A stretch of 64,000 nucleotides of DNA, from positions 1,875 through 65,874 of the forward strand of contig CAMCNO010000009.1 of NCBI GenBank assembly GCA_945876285.1, given 5' to 3'. A program made the position numbers and the translations under genes. This stretch comes from an uncultured Clostridia bacterium. GTDB taxonomy: Bacteria > Bacillota > Clostridia > Oscillospirales > Oscillospiraceae. The notes below the pieces were generated by a model. The model did not search any database and was not told where the DNA came from. It worked only from the letters and a program-made list of their open reading frames with translations. Shown one piece after another: positions 9,255 to 19,940 of this stretch. Numbering within the stretch: position 1 is the first letter of the stretch; each line of letters begins with the position of its first letter.

Positions 9255-9437
9255 TTTTTCAAAAGGATAGCCAAAAATAGCCACAAATCCCCAGGCTTTT
9301 CTCAAGGAAATCCCGTGCAGTTCGCCATTTCTCGTGGGATTCCTTGACAGAGCAACACTTTACATCGTAAAATAGCAAGCATAGTATCCAATACGCGGGC
9401 ATCCCCCGCGATTCTGAATGATTCGAGGTCACCGCCC

Positions 9438-10694
9438 ATGAAAACGCCGTTTGTGACAAAAGATCAGCTGGAGGCCATTGCCGCCCAGTATCCCACGCCC
9501 TTCCACATCTACGATGAAAAGGGCATCCGGGAGAATGCCCGCCGGCTGAAGGCCGCCTTTGCCTGGAACCCCGGCTACCGGGAGTATTTCGCCGTGAAGG
9601 CCACCCCCACTCCCGCCATTCTGAAGCTGCTGAAGGAGGAAGGCTGCGGCTGCGACTGCTCCTCCATGGCGGAGCTGATCATGGCGGAGAAGTGCGGCGT
9701 CACCGGCGAAGGCATCATGTTCTCCTCCAACGAAACTCCGGCCGAGGAGTTTCAGAAGGCCCATCAGCTGGGCGGCATCATCAATCTGGATGACATCACT
9801 CTGATCCCCGAGCTGGAGGAGGCCTTGGGCGGCGTTCCCGAAAAGGTCTGCTGCCGATACAATCCCGGTGGTGTCTTCACCCTGGGCGAGACCCGGGAGG
9901 GCTTTCAGGTCATGGACAACCCCGGCGACGCCAAATACGGCATGACCCGCGCCCAGATCAGCGAGGCCTTCACCCGCCTTGCCGCCAAGGGCGCCAAGGA
10001 ATTCGGCATCCACAGCTTCTTGGCCTCCAACACCATCTCCAACGAGTATTACCCCACCCTGGCCCGCATTCTGTTCCAGCTGGCGGTGGACCTGAAAAAC
10101 GAGACCGGAGTCCACATCACCTTCATCAACCTCTCTGGCGGCGTGGGCATTCCCTATCTGCCGGACCAGCCCGCCAACGACATCGCCGCCATCGGCGAGG
10201 GCGTCCGGAAGGCCTATGAGGAAATTTTGGTGCCCGCCGGAATGGACGATGTGGCCCTGTATACCGAGCTGGGCCGCTTCATGCTGGCGCCCTACGGCCA
10301 TCTGGTCACCCGGGCCATCCACGAAAAGCACATCTATAAGGAGTACATCGGTGTGGACGCCTGCGCCTGCAACCTGATGCGTCCCGCCATGTACGGCTCC
10401 TACCACCATATCACGGTCATGGGCAAGGAGAACGCCCCCTGCGACCACAAGTACGACGTGGTGGGCTCTCTCTGCGAGAACAACGACAAATTTGCCATCG
10501 ACCGGATGCTGCCGAAGATCGATATGGGCGACCTGCTGGTGATCCACGACGCCGGCGCCCACGGCCATGCCATGGGCTACAACTACAACGGCAAGCTCCG
10601 CTCCGCCGAGCTGCTGCTCCGCGAGGACGGCAGCGTGGATTTGATTCGGAGAGCCGAGACCTTGGACGATTACTTTGCGACCCTGGTCTGGTAA
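9438..10694 (+). CDS. lysA: Diaminopimelate decarboxylase
   Basis: FAVKA PLP Lys, TELGRF, LMRPAMYG, GSLCENND, YNYNG; upstream TTGACA-18-TAAAAT. Confidence 0.93.
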   Translation: MKTPFVTKDQLEAIAAQYPTPFHIYDEKGIRENARRLKAAFAWNPGYREYFAVKATPTPAILKLLKEEGCGCDCSSMAELIMAEKCGVTGEGIMFSSNETPAEEFQKAHQLGGIINLDDITLIPELEEALGGVPEKVCCRYNPGGVFTLGETREGFQVMDNPGDAKYGMTRAQISEAFTRLAAKGAKEFGIHSFLASNTISNEYYPTLARILFQLAVDLKNETGVHITFINLSGGVGIPYLPDQPANDIAAIGEGVRKAYEEILVPAGMDDVALYTELGRFMLAPYGHLVTRAIHEKHIYKEYIGVDACACNLMRPAMYGSYHHITVMGKENAPCDHKYDVVGSLCENNDKFAIDRMLPKIDMGDLLVIHDAGAHGHAMGYNYNGKLRSAELLLREDGSVDLIRRAETLDDYFATLVW

Positions 10695-10704
10695 TAAAAA
10701 TACG

Positions 10705-10750
10705 ACAAGGACCTGTGCAATTTACGGAACTGCACAGGTCCTTGTTCTGT
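10705..10750. terminator. Terminator between lysA and the convergent VOC gene
   Basis: ACAAGGACCTGTGCA...TGCACAGGTCCTTGT 15-bp stem. Confidence 0.75.
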
Positions 10751-10776
10751 TTCTTCCACCGGAAGAGCCAGCCCCT

Positions 10777-11142
10777 TTACCGGGTGGGAATGATCTCGAT
10801 CCAGTACCCGTCCGGGTCGCTGATGAAGTAGATGCCCATGGCGGGGTTCTCATAGCAGATGCAGCCCATCTCCCGGTGCTTTTTGTGGGCGGCCTCAAAA
10901 TCCTCCGCCCGCAGGGCCAGATGGAACTCGCACTCGCCCAGGTCATACTTCTGGGGATGGTCCCGCAGCCAGGTCAGCTCCAGCCGGAAGTCCGTCTTGC
11001 CGTCACCCAGGAACTGGATGACGAAGCTGCCGTCCCCCGCCTCCTTCCGCCGCACCGGCTCCAGTCCCAGGGCCTCCTTGTAAAACGCCAGGGATCTGTC
11101 CAAATCGGAGACATTGAAATTAAAATGGTTGAAAGAAAACAC
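10777..11142 (-). CDS. Lactoylglutathione lyase / VOC family protein
   Basis: HFNFNVSDLDRSLAFY, LELTW, FISDPDGYWIEI; GTG start chosen after GAGGTG. Confidence 0.85.
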   Translation of the reverse strand: MFSFNHFNFNVSDLDRSLAFYKEALGLEPVRRKEAGDGSFVIQFLGDGKTDFRLELTWLRDHPQKYDLGECEFHLALRAEDFEAAHKKHREMGCICYENPAMGIYFISDPDGYWIEIIPTR

Positions 11143-11261
11143 AGCTCTCACCTCATCTTTTGTGTGTTCCAGTATAGCACAGCCGTCCGCATCCTCGCAA
11201 GCCCCTCCAACTTACACAAAAACCAGGCAAAGAGTTTGTCGGTTTTTTGGCATTTTCCCCT

Positions 11262-11314
11262 TTGACATTGCCAGTTAGTCATGTTAAACTCCAGACAGTT
11301 AGATATAACTAACT
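11262..11314 (+). promoter_or_regulatory. feoAB promoter with two DtxR/MntR-family-like operator palindromes
   Basis: TTGACA(11262)-17-TAAACT(11285); AGTTAG-ATATAA-CTAACT (11297-11314) and imperfect AGTTAG-TCATGT-TAAACT (11273-11290). Confidence 0.7.
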
Positions 11315-11332
11315 TATTTGGAGGCGATACAA

Positions 11333-11563
11333 ATGACATTGGATATTCTTCCCCTGGGCCGGGACGCCGTCATCACATCGGTGGGCGGCGAAGGTCCCCT
11401 GCGCTGCCGACTGCTGGACATGGGCCTCATCCCCAAAACCACCGTCCGGGTAGAAAAGGTGGCCCCACTGGGAGACCCCATTGAGCTGCGGGTCCGGGGC
11501 TATTCCCTGTCTCTGCGGAAAGAGGACGCCCGGAACATTGAAGTGGAGGTGAAGCAGGTATGA
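11333..11563 (+). CDS. feoA: Ferrous iron transport protein A
   Basis: RLLDMGL, APLGDPIE, LSLRKEDA. Confidence 0.92.
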   Translation: MTLDILPLGRDAVITSVGGEGPLRCRLLDMGLIPKTTVRVEKVAPLGDPIELRVRGYSLSLRKEDARNIEVEVKQV

Positions 11564-13566
11564 TCTTCGCTCTTGCCGGAAACCAGAACTGTGGAAAGAC
11601 CACCCTGTTCAACCAGCTCACCGGCTCCAACCAGCACGTGGGCAACTTCCCCGGCGTCACCGTGGACCAGAAGTCCGGCGCCGTCCGGGGGCAGAAGGAC
11701 TGTACGGTGGTGGACCTGCCGGGCATCTACTCCATCCGGCCCTACACGCCGGAGGAGATCGTCACCCGGGATTTCATCATCGACCAGAAGCCCGACGGCA
11801 TCATCAACATTGTGGACGCCACCAACATCGAGCGGAACCTGTACCTAACATTGCAGCTCATGGAAATGCGCATCCCCATGGTGCTGGCCCTGAACATGAT
11901 GGACGAGGTCACCAGCGGCGGCGGCACCATCGACATCAAGGGGATGAGTAAAGCTCTGGGTATCCCCGTTATCCCCATTTCCGCCGTGAAGAACGAGGGC
12001 GTGGACGAGCTGATCCGCACCGCTGTGGAAACAGCCAAAAACAGGGTCTATCCCCAGGTATACGACTTCTGCGCCCCCGGTCCCGTCCACCGCTGCATCC
12101 ACGCCGTGGTACACCAGATCGAGGACCACGCCGAAAAAACCGGCCTGCCCGTCCGTTTCGCCGCCACCAAGCTGATTGAAGGCGACGAGGACATCCGGGC
12201 GCGGCTGGAGCTGGACCAGAACGAGCTGGAGCTGGTGGAACACAGCGTTCAGGAGATGGAAGCGGAGCATGGCATGGACCGCAACGCCGCCCTGGCGGAT
12301 ATGCGGTACGACTTCATTGAAAACGTCTGCGCCGAGACGGTGGTCAAATGCCGGGAGTCCAAAGAGCGGGCCCGCAGCGAGGCCATCGACCGCATCGTCA
12401 CCAACAAGTACCTGGCCCTGCCGATTTTCTTCGGCATCATGCTGCTGATCTTCTACCTGACCTTCAACGTCATCGGCTCCTTCCTCTCCGACCTGCTGGC
12501 AGCGGGTATCGACAGCCTCACCGCCGCGGTGGACGCCGCTCTGGCGGCCTACGGCCTGAACCCCGTGGTCCACAGTCTGGTCATCGACGGCGTATTCGCC
12601 GGAGTGGGCAGCGTGTTGAGCTTTTTGCCCATCATCGTGGTTCTGTTCTTCTTCCTGTCCATCCTGGAGGACACCGGCTACATGGCCCGTGTGGCCTTTG
12701 TCATGGACCAGCTCCTGCGGAAGATGGGCCTATCCGGCCGCAGCATCGTCCCCATGCTCATCGGCTTCGGCTGCTCTGTCCCGGCCATCATGGCCACCCG
12801 GACGCTGGCCTCCGAGCGGGACCGCCGCATGACCATCCTGCTGACGCCCTTTATGAGCTGCTCCGCCAAAATTCCCATCTATGCGGTCTTCACCGCCGCC
12901 TTCTTCCCGAAATACGCGGCGCTGGTGATGATCGGCCTGTACCTGGGCGGCATTCTGGTCGGCATCATCACCGCCAAGGCGCTGGGTGCCACCGCCTTCC
13001 GCGGCAACCCGGTGCCATTCGTCATGGAGCTGCCCAACTACCGCTTCCCCTCCGCCAAGAGCGTGGGCCGGCTCTGCTGGGACAAGGCCAAGGATTTCCT
13101 GACCCGGGCCTTTACCATCATTTTTGTGGCAACCATCCTCGTCTGGTTCCTCCAGACCTTTGACACCCGGCTGAACCTGGTCAGCGACAGTGCCGACAGC
13201 CTGCTTGCCACCGTAGGCACCGTCCTTGCGCCGCTGTTCAAACCCCTGGGCTTCGGAGACTGGCGGGTCTCCACGGCCCTCATCACCGGCTTCATCGCCA
13301 AGGAATCCGTCATTTCCACCTTGGGTATCCTGACCGGAGCCGGCTCCGAGGTCACGGTGGAGGCCCTGGGCACCTTGTTCTCCACCGTCACCGCCCTGAG
13401 CTTCCTGGTATTCACCCTGCTGTACACGCCCTGCGTGGCCGCCATCTCCGCGGTGAAGCGGGAGCTGAACTCCGGCTGGAAAGCAGCGGGCGTGGCTCTC
13501 AGCCAATGCGCGGTCGCCTGGGTGGTGTCCTTCCTGGTGTATCACTCGGCGCTGCTTCTGGTGTAA
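11560..13566 (+). CDS. feoB: Ferrous iron transport protein B
   Basis: GNQNCGKTT, VGNFPGVTV, DLPGIYS, NMMD G-domain; gate region GFGCSVPA, FMSCSA, YTPC. Confidence 0.95.
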   Translation: MIFALAGNQNCGKTTLFNQLTGSNQHVGNFPGVTVDQKSGAVRGQKDCTVVDLPGIYSIRPYTPEEIVTRDFIIDQKPDGIINIVDATNIERNLYLTLQLMEMRIPMVLALNMMDEVTSGGGTIDIKGMSKALGIPVIPISAVKNEGVDELIRTAVETAKNRVYPQVYDFCAPGPVHRCIHAVVHQIEDHAEKTGLPVRFAATKLIEGDEDIRARLELDQNELELVEHSVQEMEAEHGMDRNAALADMRYDFIENVCAETVVKCRESKERARSEAIDRIVTNKYLALPIFFGIMLLIFYLTFNVIGSFLSDLLAAGIDSLTAAVDAALAAYGLNPVVHSLVIDGVFAGVGSVLSFLPIIVVLFFFLSILEDTGYMARVAFVMDQLLRKMGLSGRSIVPMLIGFGCSVPAIMATRTLASERDRRMTILLTPFMSCSAKIPIYAVFTAAFFPKYAALVMIGLYLGGILVGIITAKALGATAFRGNPVPFVMELPNYRFPSAKSVGRLCWDKAKDFLTRAFTIIFVATILVWFLQTFDTRLNLVSDSADSLLATVGTVLAPLFKPLGFGDWRVSTALITGFIAKESVISTLGILTGAGSEVTVEALGTLFSTVTALSFLVFTLLYTPCVAAISAVKRELNSGWKAAGVALSQCAVAWVVSFLVYHSALLLV

Positions 13567-13578
13567 GGGAGGCCCGCC

Positions 13579-13716
13579 ATGCTGGAATTTCTGATTCTCG
13601 CCCTGTTGGGTGGCTGGCTGATATTTGCCCTGCGCTCCTGTCTGCGAAAAAAAGGCGGCTGCGGCAGCTGTGACGGCTGCTGCTCCGCCTGCCGGGAGCA
13701 ATGCCCCAAGTCCTGA
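13579..13716 (+). CDS. FeoB-associated Cys-rich membrane protein (45 aa, not in the ORF track)
   Basis: MLEFLILALLGGWLIFALRSCLRKKGGCGSCDGCCSACREQCPKS; RBS GGGAGG. Confidence 0.8.
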   Translation: MLEFLILALLGGWLIFALRSCLRKKGGCGSCDGCCSACREQCPKS

Positions 13717-13757
13717 AAAAAGGCCCCCGAACCAACGGTTCGGGGGCCGCTTGTTTT
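13717..13757. terminator. Bidirectional terminator
   Basis: AAAAAGGCCCCCGAACC-AAC-GGTTCGGGGGCCGCTTGTTTT. Confidence 0.75.
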
Positions 13758-13758
13758 C

Positions 13759-14517
13759 TCATTTACTGGAGGTCAGTTCCTTTAAAATCGTATAGACCTC
13801 GTAAATCTCGCTGATGCTGTAAGTCGCCTTCACGCTGTCCGGCACATCCTTATCCCGGGAGGCCGTCAGGTGGGAATGGATATGGAAGGTCGCGCCGAAG
13901 CCCAGATTCTGGGGGCCGATGACATCCCGGGAGAACGTATCTCCCACATAGGCGCAGGTGGATGGATCAGACTGCACCTGCTTCAAGGAAACCAGGAAAA
14001 TGTTGGGGTCCGGCTTGCGGTAGCCGGTAACGGAGGAAAGGGTCACATCCTGGAAATAGTCCCGGATGCCGTACTCCTTCAAAATCCAGAATACCTGATA
14101 CAGGCTGGCGGTGTTGCTGACAACGCCCAGCTTCATGCCCAGGCCCTTCAGGCCCTCCAGCATCTCTTTGACGCCGGGTCGCAGGCTGCGGTGGTAGTAG
14201 GTTACTTCCCACATATGGGCCAGTTCCTCAGCGAAGGGCTTGACCGTCTCAAAATTCAGGCCGAAGCGGCCATTGAGCACATAATTGCCCCAGATCTCCT
14301 CGGGCTTCAGTTCCCGGTTCGTGGGGCCGCGGTAGGCCGCATAGCGGTCCCAGCCCTCCGCCAGTTCTTGCATCGCTTCAGAAACGCCCAGGGATACGGA
14401 GATCCCCTTTTCCCGCAGGATACGCAGGACCTCCCGGGCAGACACCTCCTTGCTGGTGTCATCCACATAGATGTCCTCCAGCGTGCCGCCCATATCAAAC
14501 AGAACGGTATCGATCAT
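13759..14517 (-). CDS. HAD-superfamily hydrolase
   Basis: FDMGGTL motif I, VVSN motif II, RKPDPNIF, YVGDTFSRDV. Confidence 0.85.
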   Translation of the reverse strand: MIDTVLFDMGGTLEDIYVDDTSKEVSAREVLRILREKGISVSLGVSEAMQELAEGWDRYAAYRGPTNRELKPEEIWGNYVLNGRFGLNFETVKPFAEELAHMWEVTYYHRSLRPGVKEMLEGLKGLGMKLGVVSNTASLYQVFWILKEYGIRDYFQDVTLSSVTGYRKPDPNIFLVSLKQVQSDPSTCAYVGDTFSRDVIGPQNLGFGATFHIHSHLTASRDKDVPDSVKATYSISEIYEVYTILKELTSSK

Positions 14518-14521
14518 AATC

Positions 14522-15070
14522 TCACTGCCTTTTCCAGGGTTCCGCCTCCTTGACCGCAGGCGGTTTTTTCAGATAACGGCTGTAAAGGAACGCTGACAGG
14601 CCGCCGCCCAGCAGAATAGGTGCCGGTACGACCTGGACGAAGAATTGCAGAAACAGGTTTCTCGCCTCCGGCTCGTCCTTCATCATAACGAGCATGGCGA
14701 TCAAACAGGCTATGGACAGCAGGAATATCCAGGTATAGCTGGCGGGTATGATCCGCTTGTCCTTGATGATGGGCCAGGGCAGTGCACACACCACCGCGCC
14801 CACCAGGGCCGGCACCACAGCTTCCACCACATAGACCACGAACCCCGGCGCACCGGATACCAGCGCGTCCAGCGGGTCCAGCAGGAAAATAAACGAGGCG
14901 GCATAAACGGCGATAAATACCCAGCACAGGCAGAAGGAGTACAGCAGCAGCGTACTTTTCACCTTGCCGTTTTCTGTCATCTGGAAAGCAGACCAGAAAC
15001 TGTCCGCCGCCTTTGTGACTTTCTCGTTCCACTCCTGATCCTTGATGGGGTTGGTGCCTTTGCTCAGCAT
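14522..15070 (-). CDS. Hypothetical membrane protein (about 4 TM)
   Basis: Four hydrophobic segments; RBS AAAGGAGG. Confidence 0.7.
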   Translation of the reverse strand: MLSKGTNPIKDQEWNEKVTKAADSFWSAFQMTENGKVKSTLLLYSFCLCWVFIAVYAASFIFLLDPLDALVSGAPGFVVYVVEAVVPALVGAVVCALPWPIIKDKRIIPASYTWIFLLSIACLIAMLVMMKDEPEARNLFLQFFVQVVPAPILLGGGLSAFLYSRYLKKPPAVKEAEPWKRQ

Positions 15071-15155
15071 GGGGGGCCTCCTTTGATAAGAAAAGGTGGG
15101 CGGCGCATGGCCGCCCACCTTTCAATGCGTTTTTGTGCTGATTCAGCAGCGATGC

Positions 15156-16469
15156 TTACTTGTTGGGGCTCTTGTTCAGCCAGTAGGTCCACATATCCTG
15201 GACATCGGGATAGATGTAATAAATGTCGTCCAGGTTGTTGGCGATAGCGCCCAGCTCGTTCAGCTTCTTGGGGTTCTTCTTGTCCTCGAAGTCATCACGC
15301 AGAGGCCAGTTGCCGACCTTGGTGAAGGGCTTCAGGCCGCCGCTCTGACCATCGGCGCCACCGGTGATATAGCGGATGAACAGACGGGCGCCAGCGGGGC
15401 TGTTGCAACCCTTGACGGCGAACATGGACTCCACGTTCAGCAGGCCGGTGTAGGGAGCCATGTTGACGCACCAGTCGATGTTGTAGCCGGAGTCTTCACG
15501 GTTCTCGATCTTACCGGCGGAAGACAGGCACAGAGCGGGATCGTCCTTGGTGGAGTTGTGAACGGCCAGCACCAGCTCGTCACCGTCGCCGATGAAGGTC
15601 ATCTTGGCCTGGCTGAAGCGCCACAGGTACTCTACGCCGGCGTTGTTGGCGGGCACCTCGAAGTTGAAGCTGGAAGGATCATAGGTGTACTCCAGCTTCT
15701 CGCCGTAGCAATCCTCATAGGCCTTCTCCATCTCGTCAGCGTTGTTGATGAAGCTGGCGAACAGGGACATGTAAGCGGACTCCTGGCCGATCTCCTTGGT
15801 GAACAGGCGATACTTCTGATTGCCGTTCTCGTCCTTCTCGATGATCTGCCACCAGTTGTTGACAGGCTGGCCATCGGGGAACGCCTCGGTGTTGTAGTAC
15901 CAGAAAGCCTGAGAGGCGTACAGAGGATAGCTGTACTTCAGGTTGGCCTCGTCCACGTGAGAGCAGATGTCGCGGGGATAGAAGGGCTCGATCACGCCCT
16001 GATAGTAGTACTCATAGAACACGCTGCCGTTGACGTCCTTGGTCTGCAGCACGTCGGCGGTGATGTTGCCGGTCTCGTTCTCGATCTGGGCCTTGTTCAG
16101 CACCTCGTCGGTGTCCAGGTCGGAGACGATCAGGTCCAGACCAGGATACATTTCTTCGAAGGGCTCCTCGGCCTTCAGCATCTTGGAGGAGGTGGCGTAG
16201 ACGTTAATGGCGGTGTCTTCCTTCAGAGCCAGCTCATAGAGCTCCTCGTCGGTCATGTCGCTCCACTCATCCCAGTAGGGGCCGTAGGCCTCAGCGCCGG
16301 TGGTGGGGTCATAACCCAGGGGGAGATCAGTGGTGGGCTCCGCCGCGGGTTCGTTGGTGGAGGTGCCGGGGTCGGCGGGGGTGGCGGGGGCATCAGCCTT
16401 CTTGCCGCAGGACGCCAGACTGAGAACCATGACAGCCGCCATCAGCAGTGCAAACAACTTCTTTTTCAT
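15156..16469 (-). CDS. ABC importer substrate-binding lipoprotein (AfuA/FbpA-like)
   Basis: Lipobox LASC; PAGARLFIRYI C-terminal motif; operon context. Confidence 0.75.
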   Translation of the reverse strand: MKKKLFALLMAAVMVLSLASCGKKADAPATPADPGTSTNEPAAEPTTDLPLGYDPTTGAEAYGPYWDEWSDMTDEELYELALKEDTAINVYATSSKMLKAEEPFEEMYPGLDLIVSDLDTDEVLNKAQIENETGNITADVLQTKDVNGSVFYEYYYQGVIEPFYPRDICSHVDEANLKYSYPLYASQAFWYYNTEAFPDGQPVNNWWQIIEKDENGNQKYRLFTKEIGQESAYMSLFASFINNADEMEKAYEDCYGEKLEYTYDPSSFNFEVPANNAGVEYLWRFSQAKMTFIGDGDELVLAVHNSTKDDPALCLSSAGKIENREDSGYNIDWCVNMAPYTGLLNVESMFAVKGCNSPAGARLFIRYITGGADGQSGGLKPFTKVGNWPLRDDFEDKKNPKKLNELGAIANNLDDIYYIYPDVQDMWTYWLNKSPNK

Positions 16470-16534
16470 CGGGTCTTCTCCTTTCGTTTTAAAAACATGT
16501 AGGGAATTCCGCTGGGGCATTTATAAACTCGCGG

Positions 16535-17656
<1,122 letters not shown>

Positions 17657-17691
17657 ATCATTCTTTCCTTTCAGTCAATTGGCTCCGTGGA

Positions 17692-19521
17692 TTACCAGCT
17701 CTTGCTGATGTCAGCGCCGCCGATCTTGTTGGCCGCGATGTAGCAAAGCAGGATGTAGAACAGCACGACCACGGAAATGGCGTCGGACATCTGGTTGTAG
17801 CCCTCCTGAGAGTAGGTGAATGCCAGGAAGGACAGTGTCCGGGTGGTGGGGGTCATCATGATGATGATCAGATCCAACTCCTTGGCAATGGAGATGAACA
17901 CCAGCATGAAGCCGGAGATGAAGCCGTTCTTCGCCAGGGGGATGATAATGGAGGACATCCGCTTCCAGAAGCTGGCGCCGGCGATGTCGGCGGCCTCTTC
18001 CAGTTCCACGCTGATGGACAGCATGTTGGCGGTACCGGACCGGCTGGCGAAGGGGAAGTGCTTGACCACAGAGGTCAGAATGATAAGGGTAAAGGTGCCA
18101 TACAGAGAGGGGATCAGGCCGCCCAAATGGGGACGGGAGAACATGGAGAAGTACATGGTGGAGAACGCCACGCCGCTCATCAGGTAGGGCACGAACACCA
18201 GCTGCTCGGTGAGGTTGCCGTACCACTTGCCGCGGCCGCGGGAGCTGATGTAGCCCAGGAACTGGCCGCAGAAGGCCGTGATGATGGAGGCGATCAGGGA
18301 CAGCCGAACGGTGTTCCACATGGCGCTCCAGAACTCGTCATGACGGAAGATGCCGGGATAGTTGGTGTACTTCACAGCCTTATCGGGAGTACCGATCCAG
18401 TTGTACAGAGTCAGGTTGTCGAGGCCGTAGCCGGCGCCGGTGGTGATCTGGAAGGTCTCCATGATCAGCACGAAGAAGGGCATGACCATGGCCAGGAACA
18501 GGAAAACGAACAGGAAGAGCATCATGGGCTTCTTTGCCTTGCCCAGAGGCATCAGGGTGCTGCGGCCGCCCTTGCCGCCCACGGTGGCATAGGACTTGCG
18601 GACGCCGATGATGCGCTGGTTGCCCATCAGGATCAGAGCGGCCATGCCGACCAGAACGATGCTCATGGCGTAGCCGACGCCGCGGGGACCCTGGTCGATG
18701 AACACGCGCATCTTGGTGGCCAGGGTGTAGTAGCCGATACGGTTGCCCAGGTTGGCGGCAACGCCGTAAGTACCGATGGACTTGGAAACGGTCATGACCA
18801 GTGCGGACAGCACGGAGGGCATGATCAGAGGCAGGGTGATGTGGCGCAGGATCTGGGCCTTGTTAGCGCCCTGGATCTCGCCCATCTCCTCCAGCTCGGA
18901 GTTGATGGAACGGAGTGCGCCGGACACCTGGATGTAGGAAAAAGCGTAGTAGTGCATGGACATGCACAAAACGATGGCGATGGGGCCATACGCCAGCCAG
19001 TCGGGAATGGGGATGCCCATGCCGGCCAGGAAGCCGTTGGCGCCGCTGGTGGAGTTACGGAACACAGCCAGCCAGGCCAGAGCCTTGGTCCAGGAGGGGA
19101 TCATGTAGGGGATGGTGACCAGCAGGCCCAGCACCTTCTTGCCGGGGATGTCGGTACGGATCATCAGCCAGGCCAGAACAGAGCCCAGAGGCACGGAGAT
19201 CAGGGTCGTCATGGCGCCGCAGAACAGGGAGTTCAGCAGCGGCTCCCACAGCACGGCCTTGCTCATATTGCTGGCGATCATGTATTTCCAATAATACAGG
19301 GTAAACTGTCCGATGGTAGCGCCGGGATTGCGCCGCAGCTCGGACTGGGCCATGGTGAAGGTAGACTTGATCATCGTCAGCAGGGGGATCACGATCAGGC
19401 AGAACAGCACGATCAAGCTGACCAGCACGATCATATTGAACGGGTTCTTTACCACGTTCAATATGAGATTCTTCAGTCTTTTCTTCGTCAGTGGTTTCCT
19501 AGGGAGATCTTTCTTAGACAC
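17692..19521 (-). CDS. ABC importer permease, fused two-domain (FbpB/AfuB-like)
   Basis: Two EAA loops (ELEEMGEIQGA, ELEEAADIAGA); about 12 TM; GTG start after AGAGG. Confidence 0.85.
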   Translation of the reverse strand: MSKKDLPRKPLTKKRLKNLILNVVKNPFNMIVLVSLIVLFCLIVIPLLTMIKSTFTMAQSELRRNPGATIGQFTLYYWKYMIASNMSKAVLWEPLLNSLFCGAMTTLISVPLGSVLAWLMIRTDIPGKKVLGLLVTIPYMIPSWTKALAWLAVFRNSTSGANGFLAGMGIPIPDWLAYGPIAIVLCMSMHYYAFSYIQVSGALRSINSELEEMGEIQGANKAQILRHITLPLIMPSVLSALVMTVSKSIGTYGVAANLGNRIGYYTLATKMRVFIDQGPRGVGYAMSIVLVGMAALILMGNQRIIGVRKSYATVGGKGGRSTLMPLGKAKKPMMLFLFVFLFLAMVMPFFVLIMETFQITTGAGYGLDNLTLYNWIGTPDKAVKYTNYPGIFRHDEFWSAMWNTVRLSLIASIITAFCGQFLGYISSRGRGKWYGNLTEQLVFVPYLMSGVAFSTMYFSMFSRPHLGGLIPSLYGTFTLIILTSVVKHFPFASRSGTANMLSISVELEEAADIAGASFWKRMSSIIIPLAKNGFISGFMLVFISIAKELDLIIIMMTPTTRTLSFLAFTYSQEGYNQMSDAISVVVLFYILLCYIAANKIGGADISKSW

Positions 19522-19940
19522 AGTAACACCTCTTTCTCAATACTGCCGGGAATCTTGCCTGGGCAAATTTTACCTTTCCTCACATCCATTCCTTTTGCGC
19601 CTGCACGGACTGTGATCAGCAGCCCATTTGTGCAAACGTTTGCGCTTTGCTATCCTAATTATAAGGAATTTTTGTTGCGTTTGTCAATGCATATGTTTGC
19701 TATTTTGTCACGCCATTTTTATGATAAATTCACAATTCATATGCAAACCCAACAAAGAATTCCTGCATTTTACCGTCATTTTGACGATTCACCAAATAGT
19801 TCCTTTCCGCTAAATAGTGGCGTATTGCAACTATTTTCTCACAGCGAAAAGTCGTAGGAACGCCTGCGCTCTCCACCCCGACCAACCTGGAGGCGCTATC
19901 AGGATATCCGAAAACCTTCGGCTCTGCCATCGCATTTCAA

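Noticed and set aside
9302-9437. Lysine riboswitch upstream of lysA
   Set aside because: The leader after the predicted promoter is only about 60 nt with no L-box features; the inverted repeat at 9302-9347 lies upstream of and over the -35.
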